DNA of 37,693 bases from a virus (IMGVR_UViG_3300043394_000191:1-37693); one strand, 5' to 3'; positions 20,055 to 27,216 are shown, counted from the first letter of the stretch. Program-made: numbers and translations. The notes: generated from the letters alone by a model not told the origin.

Positions 20055-20264
20055 CTAAAACAATACCAATTGTCCGGCTTCTTGCTTGGCTGGCTTTATC
20101 CTGATTGAATCAAACCACTCTCTCCTATGTTTTGCTGCGCAATTCTGAAGAAAACTTATCCACTCATTGTCTTTTCTATATTTCCTATTACGAAAAACCC
20201 TTGCTTGGGTAATGTAAATTTTAGCAGTTCTTAAATTTTGGCTAGCATCGTCCAATTTTACCAC
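20055..20264 (-). CDS. Hypothetical protein
   Basis: 69-aa ORF with GGAG RBS, ending QLVLF. Confidence 0.55.
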   Translation of the reverse strand: MVKLDDASQNLRTAKIYITQARVFRNRKYRKDNEWISFLQNCAAKHRREWFDSIRIKPAKQEAGQLVLF

Positions 20265-20394
20265 TCCAATAATTTAACTATCGTTTACTTTGCCCAGCTG
20301 GTGTCTGTGTCGTCGTGTTGGTACTTGGGGGTGATTATTTTTAAGTTGTAATAATCTCCCCAGTAACAAAATATTAATAGCCTTTGCTGGTATG

Positions 20395-20619
20395 TCATTT
20401 TTTATCGCCGCCCTTAATAAAATGCCTCTGCATTGCAAAATATCTATGAGGTGAAAATAATATTTCAGTTCTTACAAGAGAAATATCAACATAAGATTCA
20501 GGGTTTGATTCAACATGATCAAGCCATTCTGATATTTCATCAGCACCAATTGAATCAAAATATTTAACTGGCTCGCCATTAATTCTTAATTGATATTCAG
20601 TTTTATTATTTTCTCTCAT
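20395..20619 (-). CDS. Hypothetical protein
   Basis: 74-aa ORF with GGAG RBS. Confidence 0.6.
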   Translation of the reverse strand: MRENNKTEYQLRINGEPVKYFDSIGADEISEWLDHVESNPESYVDISLVRTEILFSPHRYFAMQRHFIKGGDKK

Positions 20620-20655
20620 GATTTCAATATCTCCAGTCTTTCGTTGTCGGCTATA

Positions 20656-20946
20656 TCATTCAGTAAATTTAACTAACTCTAAATCCCAGTCATCCACATA
20701 TCCACTTTCAATATCTCTACTCACATTAACAACAGCAACTTCATAAATCCCATCCTTAACATCATTAATATTTAATATTCTACCTACTTCATCTGAGCCA
20801 CCATTTTGGCACCCATCAAGTAAAACATTGAAGCCATGACTTTTCCTTTTTAAAAACTTAAGGCTTTTCTTGAAGTACGCACCTTTTTCATCATGCCAAT
20901 ATGTGGTTTCGACTCTTACTACGGTTTTATTTTCTTTATTTTGCAT
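20656..20946 (-). CDS. Hypothetical phage protein
   Basis: 96 aa, ending NVSRDIESGYVDDWDLELV. GGAGG RBS. Confidence 0.65.
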   Translation of the reverse strand: MQNKENKTVVRVETTYWHDEKGAYFKKSLKFLKRKSHGFNVLLDGCQNGGSDEVGRILNINDVKDGIYEVAVVNVSRDIESGYVDDWDLELVKFTE

Positions 20947-21406
20947 TAAGTATTTCCTCCAATCGTTTCATATCTTCAATCTCTGCCGGTGTGGGTTGTT
21001 TTTGTTCTGGCTTGTCGTCTAGCATTGCCAATAATGCCGCAGCCTGTTTAATTCCTTCTTGATAGCGTTTTGATTTGTGCTCTAGTGGCTCTGGCAGTGC
21101 TGGCTTATCAAATGGCTTGTGCGCAAGCGTATCGCGTGTTGATGCAGGAAAAGCTAACGCCCTAAACTCTGCATAGCTTGGCGGCCACATTTCCTCGCCA
21201 TCTCGATAACACTGCTCTGCTCGCCTTTCCAGTCCTTCCATGCCTCGCTTAAAATCTTCAGCGTTTAAATCGTCTAGCTTCCACCCCCAAAGATCGAACT
21301 GCTCTGAATAAATTCCTTTTGCTTCATCCCAGTAAATTACCAGCCCTTTGTTTGATGCCTTACTGCCGAATAAATCCGCTAGGCGGGTAAATAGGAGGAT
21401 AATCAT
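20936..21406 (-). CDS. Putative replication protein (lambda P-like helicase loader)
   Basis: Motifs LFTRL..LFG and MWPPSYAEFRAL. Start uncertain (21406 likely; ORF track gives 21550). Confidence 0.5.
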   Translation of the reverse strand: MIILLFTRLADLFGSKASNKGLVIYWDEAKGIYSEQFDLWGWKLDDLNAEDFKRGMEGLERRAEQCYRDGEEMWPPSYAEFRALAFPASTRDTLAHKPFDKPALPEPLEHKSKRYQEGIKQAAALLAMLDDKPEQKQPTPAEIEDMKRLEEILNAK

Positions 21407-21737
21407 TTTCTCTGTCGATACGCTGTAGCGCCGCGTTAGCTTGCGCCCTTGTCCGGTCTGCATGCCCAGCTTTGCATGAGCTTGAATAACTGCCATTTGA
21501 TTGTTGATTTGATCCACGGTTAAACCTCTCTGCGCGCTTGTTACGACCATTTAATCTAGCGATGCACTCACTAAACCATTTCTTTACGTTACCGCCTTCC
21601 ATTCGCTTTCCGTCTAATTCCATATCTAGCTGCTGAAGCTCTTCGACTAGATTTAAATGCTTGTACATGTCTTGCCACTTGTAAAAATCTTTCGCTGCTA
21701 ATTTTATTATTTCGCCTTCAAAAACGTAATCGCTCAT
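21360..21737 (-). CDS. Putative replication-associated protein
   Basis: Start MSDYVFEGEIIKL with GAGG RBS. Upstream of the P-like gene. Confidence 0.5.
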   Translation of the reverse strand: MSDYVFEGEIIKLAAKDFYKWQDMYKHLNLVEELQQLDMELDGKRMEGGNVKKWFSECIARLNGRNKRAERFNRGSNQQSNGSYSSSCKAGHADRTRAQANAALQRIDRENDYPPIYPPSGFIRQ

Positions 21738-22174
21738 GGGAACCTCGTTGTATTTTATAAGCCTGAAGTTAAGCATATTTTTATAGCTTATTTCTTAGAT
21801 TTACATTTCTTAACTATGTGTTTATTTAAGGCATAGCTAGTCTAATGAGAGCTTAGGGACACCCTAGAATAAATCTAGCCCTGAACACTCTTATTAATAC
21901 TGCATATACCCACCGCGGCCAATTGTCACAAACTGTCTATCATCCTGAAAATACAGTCTAAATCCCCAATAGTGTCCACTTGCTGTGTTTTAGCGCCGCT
22001 CTCAAAGCGCTGGCCTTAGTTTGTTGGCTATCTGTTTGCCTGTTTAACTTACTGGTTTACCTATTCAGGCTTTTGGTCTAGCTTGTTTATATAGCGGTTG
22101 CTAACTGCATCAAAAACCGCTTTAAAATCAATTGGTTATTTGGGCGAAAATTTTCCGCCCAATTCCGTGGAACA

Positions 22175-22807
22175 TTATTGATTACCCCATAATTCAGCTA
22201 TTTTTAACTGGCCTACCGGTGTAACTAGGCACTGCGTAAACTCATGGCCATTCTTGACATCTGCAACAACGTTAAACCACGTTTCGTAGCCAGCCTTAGG
22301 CAAGTCAGCGTTTAACCACTTCACGCCAGAATCGCGCAGGAAGCGGTTTAGCTTGATTGCAGTAGTGCCAAGCTCTTTAGCTATGATGGTTGTGCTTACG
22401 TCGCCTTTTCGGTCAGCCAGTAGCTCATATACAGCAACTTTAGGCGCTGCTATAGCTAACTGGTCGGCAAGGTCTGCGGCTAGGCGTAGTGCTTCAGGGA
22501 GCGTTTGCGGTATATTAAATTGCTGCTTTGTTTCTAGCTCTTGCCAGCGGTCAATAATGGCAAGGCGATATTTAACCGAATAGCCAGAAACAACCAGATC
22601 GCATTCGCGCTTTGGTAGTCGGTATTCTCTTTGATTTCTGTTTTGAGTATCCAAGTAGATGTGAGCAAATTTGCTGGTATCTATTTCGGCTTGAATTAGC
22701 GTGTTTTCAATGTCACGCTTTACGTCTGAATGGTTTTTACCAGTTAATTCCGCTATTTCGCGGCTGGTCATTGTTAAAGATGATTGGTTTTGCAGAATTG
22801 GAAGCAT
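22175..22807 (-). CDS. rha: Rha-family regulator with C-terminal ANT/KilAC-like domain
   Basis: LTMTSREIAELTGKNHSDVKRDI, IIDRWQELE, PQTLPEALRLAAD, AAPKV...IAKELG...VTPVGQ. Confidence 0.9.
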   Translation of the reverse strand: MLPILQNQSSLTMTSREIAELTGKNHSDVKRDIENTLIQAEIDTSKFAHIYLDTQNRNQREYRLPKRECDLVVSGYSVKYRLAIIDRWQELETKQQFNIPQTLPEALRLAADLADQLAIAAPKVAVYELLADRKGDVSTTIIAKELGTTAIKLNRFLRDSGVKWLNADLPKAGYETWFNVVADVKNGHEFTQCLVTPVGQLKIAELWGNQ

Positions 22808-22960
22808 AAAAAAACGCCTTTGATCTAGTCCTTGGTGACAGATACCGTCGAAAGGTAAACTGGCAAAAAGGAGAGCCATTGTTTTACGGTAAAACAAGGA
22901 CTAGATCGAAAGCGTCTCAGGTTTTACCTCTCTGTTTTCCCGCCCCTGTCACAAGGCACC
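22808..22960 (-). ncRNA. Structured 5' leader of rha (C4-antisense-like or attenuator)
   Basis: 21-bp inverted repeat 22814-22834/22895-22915 (19 of 21 match), plus an alternative pairing 22830-22841/22946-22956. Confidence 0.5.
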
Positions 22961-23030
22961 AATTAAGGCTTAAGGGTTGTGCAACCGCCACTTCCGTAAT
23001 CGGGCGAATAGGGCAGCGGCGCACGGATTT

Positions 23031-23058
23031 AGTATAGCAAATGCTGGTTAGGTTTCAA
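23031..23058 (-). promoter_or_regulatory. Putative sigma70 promoter for rha and the replication operon
   Basis: Minus strand TTGAAA-16-TATACT with extended TG. Confidence 0.55.
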
Positions 23059-23060
23059 GG

Positions 23061-23183
23061 TTAAAATATAAAAACAATGTGAAGCCAGATTAGGCCAATT
23101 CGTAGCTGTGACTTACCCCATTCCAAACCCAGTAAATAAGGATTGCCACATACTTTTTTAGACTGAATAAATGAAACTTGCAT
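23061..23183 (-). CDS. Small hydrophobic hypothetical protein (40 aa)
   Basis: Read by hand: GAGG RBS, MQVSFIQSKK...LIWLHIVFIF. Confidence 0.4.
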   Translation of the reverse strand: MQVSFIQSKKVCGNPYLLGLEWGKSQLRIGLIWLHIVFIF

Positions 23184-23201
23184 AAAATAACCTCAGGTTT
23201 T

Positions 23202-23299
23202 GGAAATACACGGCCTATGCCGCAAAATATACAAACCATCTAAAAATCAAGAACTTAGTTTGTAGATATACGGCTCAGACTGTATATTCCCTGTTATAC
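23202..23299 (+). other. Left array anchor: attI-position palindromic element with IHF-consensus site
   Basis: Ends in core GTTATAC (23293-23299). Imperfect inverted repeat with AATCAAGAACTTA (23245-23257) at its centre. Similar to 30396-30514. Confidence 0.6.
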
Positions 23300-23650
23300 G
23301 GTCTCAGGAGCGCAGGTATTCGCGTGCTTCTTAATCCACTCAATCGCTTCGCCAATAGTTTTGCATTTGCTTTCACGAACGTCACAATTACCACTAGCAA
23401 GCCAAAAATTACCAGCTTTATCTCTAAAGCCTGTCTCTATATCTCGCCAACCAAACCCAGTGCGCCTATCCAGAACGGTTATACTTCCAATGTCACAATG
23501 AAACGCTTCTTGGTAGTTGTCGTCATACTCCCAATTTGGGTCATTGTTCATTTTTACTGAATGAAAAATGTCGCGCTGAAATGGTGAATTTAAAACAACC
23601 CCAGCCCAACATTCTTTTCCGTGTTCATTTATGTATCGTTCCATTTTCAT
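23294..23650 (-). CDS. Cassette L1 hypothetical protein
   Basis: GGAG RBS then ATG at 23650 or 23644. TAA stop lies inside core GTTA. The ORF-track extension to 23728 runs through the attC. Confidence 0.75.
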   Translation of the reverse strand: MKMERYINEHGKECWAGVVLNSPFQRDIFHSVKMNNDPNWEYDDNYQEAFHCDIGSITVLDRRTGFGWRDIETGFRDKAGNFWLASGNCDVRESKCKTIGEAIEWIKKHANTCAPETV

Positions 23651-23665
23651 CACTCCGAAAGTTTC

Positions 23666-23749
23666 GTATAACAAAAAGTTGCAGCCGATGGTGCCCCAAA
23701 GGCTAATTAAATTTCTACTCCCCGCCACGGGCTGAACTTGGCGTTATGT
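23666..23749 (+). repeat. attC site L1 (84 bp)
   Basis: GTATAAC-AAAAA-GTTGCAGC...GCTGAAC-TTGGC-GTTATGT. Confidence 0.9.
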
Positions 23750-23953
23750 GTTGTCGCATGGTTCAATCAAAAGTTCGCATTCTTTCATTGGCGCATGCCC
23801 AAGCATATAAATACGGCTCTTAATATATTTAATCGCTGAATCGTATGCCGCACGCTGCGTCCTAAAATGATTTGAGTCACGCATGGCACTAATTCCAGTC
23901 GGCTTGTGCGTAACCCGTACCGCAAACCGAACCATACTGCTGCTAGTTATCAC
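23744..23953 (-). CDS. Cassette L2 protein, release-factor (RF-1) domain-like, without GGQ
   Basis: AVRVTHKPTGISA...RTQRAAYDSAIKYIKSRI resembles the RF1/RF2 segment AVRITHxPTGI...RSQxxNxxxAxxxLxxRI. GGAG RBS then GTG. Confidence 0.6.
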   Translation of the reverse strand: MITSSSMVRFAVRVTHKPTGISAMRDSNHFRTQRAAYDSAIKYIKSRIYMLGHAPMKECELLIEPCDNT

Positions 23954-23965
23954 TTCGGTAACTCC

Positions 23966-24051
23966 ACATAACAAAAATATGAACTGGATGCGGTTTAAGT
24001 TTGGCGCACTTCTATTTAGTTAAAAGCGCACCAGTTATATTGGCGTTACAT
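23966..24051 (+). repeat. attC site L2 (86 bp)
   Basis: ACATAAC-AAAA-ATATGAACTGGATGCG...CGCACCAGTTATAT-TGGC-GTTACAT. Confidence 0.88.
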
Positions 24052-24054
24052 TCA

Positions 24055-24201
24055 CTAGTATCGTTCATCATCACAACTACATTGTGAATCTCGAATCTCA
24101 GCGCGCAACTCTCTTAATTGCTGCTGGTATTCTTTTTGTGTAATGTTTCCTTCAGCTAATTCGTTTTCAATTTCTTCGTAAGCTCTGTCCATCCAATCCA
24201 T
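24055..24201 (-). CDS. Cassette L3 small protein (48 aa), SHOCT-like
   Basis: Read by hand: GAGGTG RBS, MDWMDRAYEEIENELAEGNITQKEYQQQLRELRAEIRDSQCSCDDERY. Confidence 0.7.
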   Translation of the reverse strand: MDWMDRAYEEIENELAEGNITQKEYQQQLRELRAEIRDSQCSCDDERY

Positions 24202-24232
24202 AAATCACCTCATTAATTAGCTTGCTATGTAA

Positions 24233-24316
24233 ATGTAACCAGTCACTCAAAGCGACTGTCTAAGCATTTGTGTTTTTATCACTGCTTAAACGCAGCGCTT
24301 TAGCTCAACGTTAACT
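24233..24316 (+). repeat. attC site L3 (84 bp)
   Basis: ATGTAAC-CAGTC-ACTCAAAGCGACTG...CAGCGCTTTAGC-TCAAC-GTTAACT. Confidence 0.88.
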
Positions 24317-24511
24317 TCTGTACCGCTTACCAACAAAATCATCACCTAGAAATTGTTTCGCTTTTTCGGTTTCGTTTATTTCAATCTCAAAATCTTCAAC
24401 TAAGCAAACAACAAATCCTTTCTTTTCAAGTTCATCTATTGCGCCAATATCTGGAATTGATTGGCCCCGGTCTATTCGCTTTAAACACTTAATCGCTCTT
24501 TTGCTTAGCAT
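24311..24511 (-). CDS. Cassette L4 hypothetical protein (possible winged helix)
   Basis: 66 aa, IDELEKKGFV...TEKAKQFL. Stop lies in the core site. Confidence 0.7.
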   Translation of the reverse strand: MLSKRAIKCLKRIDRGQSIPDIGAIDELEKKGFVVCLVEDFEIEINETEKAKQFLGDDFVGKRYRS

Positions 24512-24527
24512 TTTATTGTATTCCGTT

Positions 24528-24611
24528 AGTTAACAAGTCAATCTTGCGGACGGGATTTAAGTAGCCGCCCAGTTCGCTTACTCCCAGCCGCCGCAAATCT
24601 CGGCGTTATAC
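24528..24611 (+). repeat. attC site L4 (84 bp)
   Basis: AGTTAAC-AAGTC-AATCTTGCGGACGG...CCGCCGCAAATC-TCGGC-GTTATAC. Confidence 0.88.
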
Positions 24612-24812
24612 GCTTTCTGCCTGAGCTAACAGCAAGTCAACAAATTGCATTTTCAATTCAGCAATCTGCCACTTTGTTTCGGCCATAGCTTCTGCTGTAA
24701 TCTTGCGATCTGAACCAGCCGCGTAGTTGTACTGCATTGTCACGTTGTCCAGCCTTGCGTTTATCATGTCAAGAATTCGCTGCGCTGGAACTTGTTGCTG
24801 TAATATTTTCAA
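24606..24812 (-). CDS. Cassette L5 hypothetical protein
   Basis: 68 aa, GGAGTG RBS then TTG. Stop lies in the core site. Confidence 0.7.
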   Translation of the reverse strand: MKILQQQVPAQRILDMINARLDNVTMQYNYAAGSDRKITAEAMAETKWQIAELKMQFVDLLLAQAESV

Positions 24813-24834
24813 AGCTTATCACTCCGGTAGTTTC

Positions 24835-24911
24835 GTATAACAAGTCGTTGCAGCACACTACGCTACGCTTCGTTGGATGCGCTACGCGCACCGCTGAACT
24901 CGGCGTTATGC
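24835..24911 (+). repeat. attC site L5 (77 bp)
   Basis: GTATAAC-AAGTC-GTTGCAGC...GCTGAAC-TCGGC-GTTATGC. Confidence 0.9.
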
Positions 24912-25115
24912 TTGCCACTGAAATGACCCAACACTTCGTAAATCAGTCAATGCTTCTTTAATGATTTCAGTGTTGCACTTGCTAAATAGTGTAGGCTTCA
25001 AAAACATCAAAATTGCTAATTCTTCAGTAGCTTTTGGCAATCCCAAACTACTAACTTGGCATGAGCCTAAACAAGTCTCTAGTATTTCAATTAATATTTC
25101 TTTTGTGTATCCCAT
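24906..25115 (-). CDS. Cassette L6 hypothetical protein
   Basis: 69 aa. Stop lies in the core site. Confidence 0.65.
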   Translation of the reverse strand: MGYTKEILIEILETCLGSCQVSSLGLPKATEELAILMFLKPTLFSKCNTEIIKEALTDLRSVGSFQWQA

Positions 25116-25141
25116 AACTCACAGTCCTATCGTACTTGTTT

Positions 25142-25225
25142 GCATAACAAGGTTATCAAATTGACGGAATTTAAGCCGCCGTTTTAAAAATCTATTCCCT
25201 GCCGCAATTTATAACGGCGTTATAA
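25142..25225 (+). repeat. attC site L6 (84 bp)
   Basis: GCATAAC-AAGG-TTATCAAATTGACGG...CCGCAATTTATAA-CGGC-GTTATAA. Confidence 0.88.
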
Positions 25226-25510
25226 ACCAAAGACCTGATCACGTTCTTCTTGTGTCCCAACAAACTGAAAATATTCACCTGACTTGTAATCTTCAATATC
25301 ATCACTAACGTCAAAGCTTTCCCATCCGTTTAACGCAATCAAATCTCTTGCTGCTTGTGAGCGTTTTGCTATTTCAAGTTCAATCTGCAAATCAGCAATT
25401 CGCTTTTTAATATTTTCCACTTCACCTTCGTAGCCGTAGCCAATTTGCTTGGCTAAAAAGTCCCTGATTTCAGCTTTATCAAGTCCGTTGTGTTTTTCTA
25501 CGTTTTTCAT
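25220..25510 (-). CDS. Cassette L7 hypothetical coiled-coil protein
   Basis: 96 aa, GGAGTG RBS. Stop lies in the core site. Confidence 0.75.
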   Translation of the reverse strand: MKNVEKHNGLDKAEIRDFLAKQIGYGYEGEVENIKKRIADLQIELEIAKRSQAARDLIALNGWESFDVSDDIEDYKSGEYFQFVGTQEERDQVFGL

Positions 25511-25528
25511 GTATCACTCCGTATCGGT

Positions 25529-25614
25529 TTATAACAAGTCGCTCAAAGGCGACGGTTCATAAATTTGTTTTCTGTTCTAGCATCTTCATGCCGCGCTTTA
25601 GCTCGGCGTTATAT
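25529..25614 (+). repeat. attC site L7 (86 bp)
   Basis: TTATAAC-AAGTC-GCTCAAAGGCGACGG...CCGCGCTTTAGC-TCGGC-GTTATAT. Confidence 0.9.
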
Positions 25615-25980
25615 CGTCGGCATCGGCATATATCCGCGCGGGTTGTTTTCGTGCTCGGTTTCGTAGTAGTAATAATACTCGCCGTCAATTTGCTCGGCTT
25701 GCATGTTAGCGTAAGACCAGTCTTGAGACTCAGCGTTGTATATGCCGACCACAGGCCACGGCAATCCAACATCCAGCAGCACTTGGCCTTTTTTTGCATA
25801 GTCGTCAATCGGCTGAAATATCTGCCTCAACTCACAGTCTGCTACCATTGCGCTCATCTGTGCGTGGTGCTCGATAAGCCATTTTACTTTAGCCGTCCAA
25901 GTCGGAAACATGTCACGCACTTTATCTTCGTAAGTGTTGTTTCGGATTCGCTCCGCTGCTTTTATTGTTCCGCGTGTCAT
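25609..25980 (-). CDS. Hypothetical phage protein with a DUF551-like C-terminal region
   Basis: 123 aa, FQPIDDYAKKGQVLL...PRGYMPMP. Stop lies in the last core site. Confidence 0.7.
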   Translation of the reverse strand: MTRGTIKAAERIRNNTYEDKVRDMFPTWTAKVKWLIEHHAQMSAMVADCELRQIFQPIDDYAKKGQVLLDVGLPWPVVGIYNAESQDWSYANMQAEQIDGEYYYYYETEHENNPRGYMPMPTI

Positions 25981-26183
25981 GATTGATCCTTATCAGTAAA
26001 TAAGTAATGGTTAGCGTTTCTGCCCAATTCTTTCTTGGCTTTGTTTGATTTAATCAGCTCGCAAATAGCAACGTAATCGACGATAAGAGCCAGAATAATC
26101 ATGAATATCATTGTGCTACTACCTGCGATGCCGTAGCCGATTGCCGGTAGTAGAATGTTGATGAATAGTAGGAATAGGATCAT
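25977..26183 (-). CDS. Small membrane protein (2 TM)
   Basis: Two hydrophobic stretches. ATGA overlaps. Confidence 0.65.
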   Translation of the reverse strand: MILFLLFINILLPAIGYGIAGSSTMIFMIILALIVDYVAICELIKSNKAKKELGRNANHYLFTDKDQS

Positions 26184-26395
26184 TGCTCACCCCAAAATAA
26201 AAAGCCTAGGAATACAGCGCCAATGAGTGCAGCAATTGATAATACAGCCCGCAAATATCTAGGCATTGGTTCTACTATTTCCCAAAATTCAAAATCTGCA
26301 ACCTGACCGTTTGATAGGTATGCTTTATCGTCATCACGCATGCCAAGATATTCCTCGCCTGTTTCACGGTGACGTAGTTTACATTTGCGATTCAT
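26180..26395 (-). CDS. Small protein with C-terminal TM helix
   Basis: Start MNRKCKLRHRETG with AGGAG RBS. Confidence 0.65.
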   Translation of the reverse strand: MNRKCKLRHRETGEEYLGMRDDDKAYLSNGQVADFEFWEIVEPMPRYLRAVLSIAALIGAVFLGFLFWGEQ

Positions 26396-26396
26396 T

Positions 26397-26609
26397 TTAT
26401 AACTCCTTGATTTTTGAGTATGTGTAAACAGCGTGTTCATCGTAGCCAATCCATTTAAGTACAGCCGGATGTATTCTTTTGTGCTTCCCTTTTATTATCC
26501 TACTTAAATGCGCGCCTGATATTCCTATTGCTGCGGCGGCTTCTTCTCGCGTGTCAAACTGAAGATCAACCTGTACTTTTATTTTCGATAAAATTGTATC
26601 TCTATGCAT
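26397..26609 (-). CDS. Cro-like XRE/HTH regulator
   Basis: TREEAAAAIGISGAHLSRIIKGK. First gene after the leftward promoter. Confidence 0.85.
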   Translation of the reverse strand: MHRDTILSKIKVQVDLQFDTREEAAAAIGISGAHLSRIIKGKHKRIHPAVLKWIGYDEHAVYTYSKIKEL

Positions 26610-26633
26610 ATAACCCCCTTAGTTGGTAGATTC

Positions 26634-26704
26634 AATATATGCCTAATATTTTACGCAGTCAAGTAATTAATTTACTTGACATGGTAATTCTATGCGCATA
26701 TATT
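26634..26704. promoter_or_regulatory. Symmetric divergent sigma70 promoters with central operator-like palindrome
   Basis: Minus TTGACT(26662-26657)-17-TATATT; plus TTGACA(26676-26681)-17-TATATT. Palindrome GTCAAGTAA-N5-TTACTTGAC. Confidence 0.85.
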
Positions 26705-26745
26705 TGATCACATGAAACGCGATTGGCGCGTGATGATTAAGGGGA

Positions 26746-26946
26746 TTGAAGATGTTAGGAAGTAAAGAGCATTACGAAGTCATTGAATTTTTTGAGCAGC
26801 AAGCATCGCCACACGGAAGAAATGACAAAGAACCAAAAGAGCTTTGGTTAAAGGGTCAGATTTACCAGGACGGCAAAAGAAACAATGAATTCCAAATGTT
26901 TTTTGCTGGCTACATGCTTGGCAGACTAAATTACATGAATCAATAG
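26746..26946 (+). CDS. Hypothetical phage protein
   Basis: 66 aa, DKEPKELW..GQIYQDG..N..F..F.AGY. First rightward gene. Confidence 0.7.
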   Translation: MKMLGSKEHYEVIEFFEQQASPHGRNDKEPKELWLKGQIYQDGKRNNEFQMFFAGYMLGRLNYMNQ

Positions 26947-26976
26947 CCGCATAGTGCGGCACATTAAAGAGGTTGG

Positions 26977-27216
26977 ATGATGGACTTAGATAAATTAGCA
27001 GGCGTTCGTGGCTGCCAAGAGTACATACAGGCTCAGCGGGTTCGTGATGCAGCACCTGTGCTACTTGAGGCGCTTGAGGACGCAAAATATGAGCTTATGC
27101 AGTGCTTTCAGAGAATAGAAGATGAATTTGGCGCAGGCGGCTTGGTAGATGAAAACTATGACAATGATTTATTACAAAAAGTATTAACAGCAATCAAACA
27201 AGCCAGAGGCGAGTAA
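26977..27216 (+). CDS. Hypothetical phage protein (AAPxLLEAL...AIKQARGE motif)
   Basis: Motif common in early phage proteins. GAGG RBS. Confidence 0.75.
   Translation: MMDLDKLAGVRGCQEYIQAQRVRDAAPVLLEALEDAKYELMQCFQRIEDEFGAGGLVDENYDNDLLQKVLTAIKQARGE

Larger units (their letters stand above)
23293..25614 (+). mobile_element. Integron-type gene cassette array, left (7 cassettes, no integrase, genes antisense to attC)
   Basis: Seven attC hairpins separate single small ORFs. Each cassette's entry GTTNNNN is exactly complementary to its own NNNNAAC. Confidence 0.9.

Noticed and set aside
23280-23295. LexA box (CTGTATAT...) in the left anchor
   Set aside because: Only a half site; no ACAG at the CTGT-N8-ACAG spacing.
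23651-23728. ORF-track N-terminal extensions running through attC sites (also 30093-30185, and ORFs 25557..25808 and 24737..24961)
   Set aside because: Better starts lie inside the cassettes; the extensions are open frames through the hairpins.
23666-25614. CRISPR array, REP elements or simple terminators as the explanation for the periodic hairpins
   Set aside because: The repeats are non-identical, separated by whole genes and lack U-tails, and they show attC boxes with cassette-specific core complementarity.
26608-26614. ATATAAC complementary to the last core GTTATAT (25608), hinting at an eighth four-gene cassette including the Cro-like gene
   Set aside because: No L''/L'/R' hairpin follows. 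A 7-mer match in AT-rich DNA overlapping a start codon is plausibly chance.
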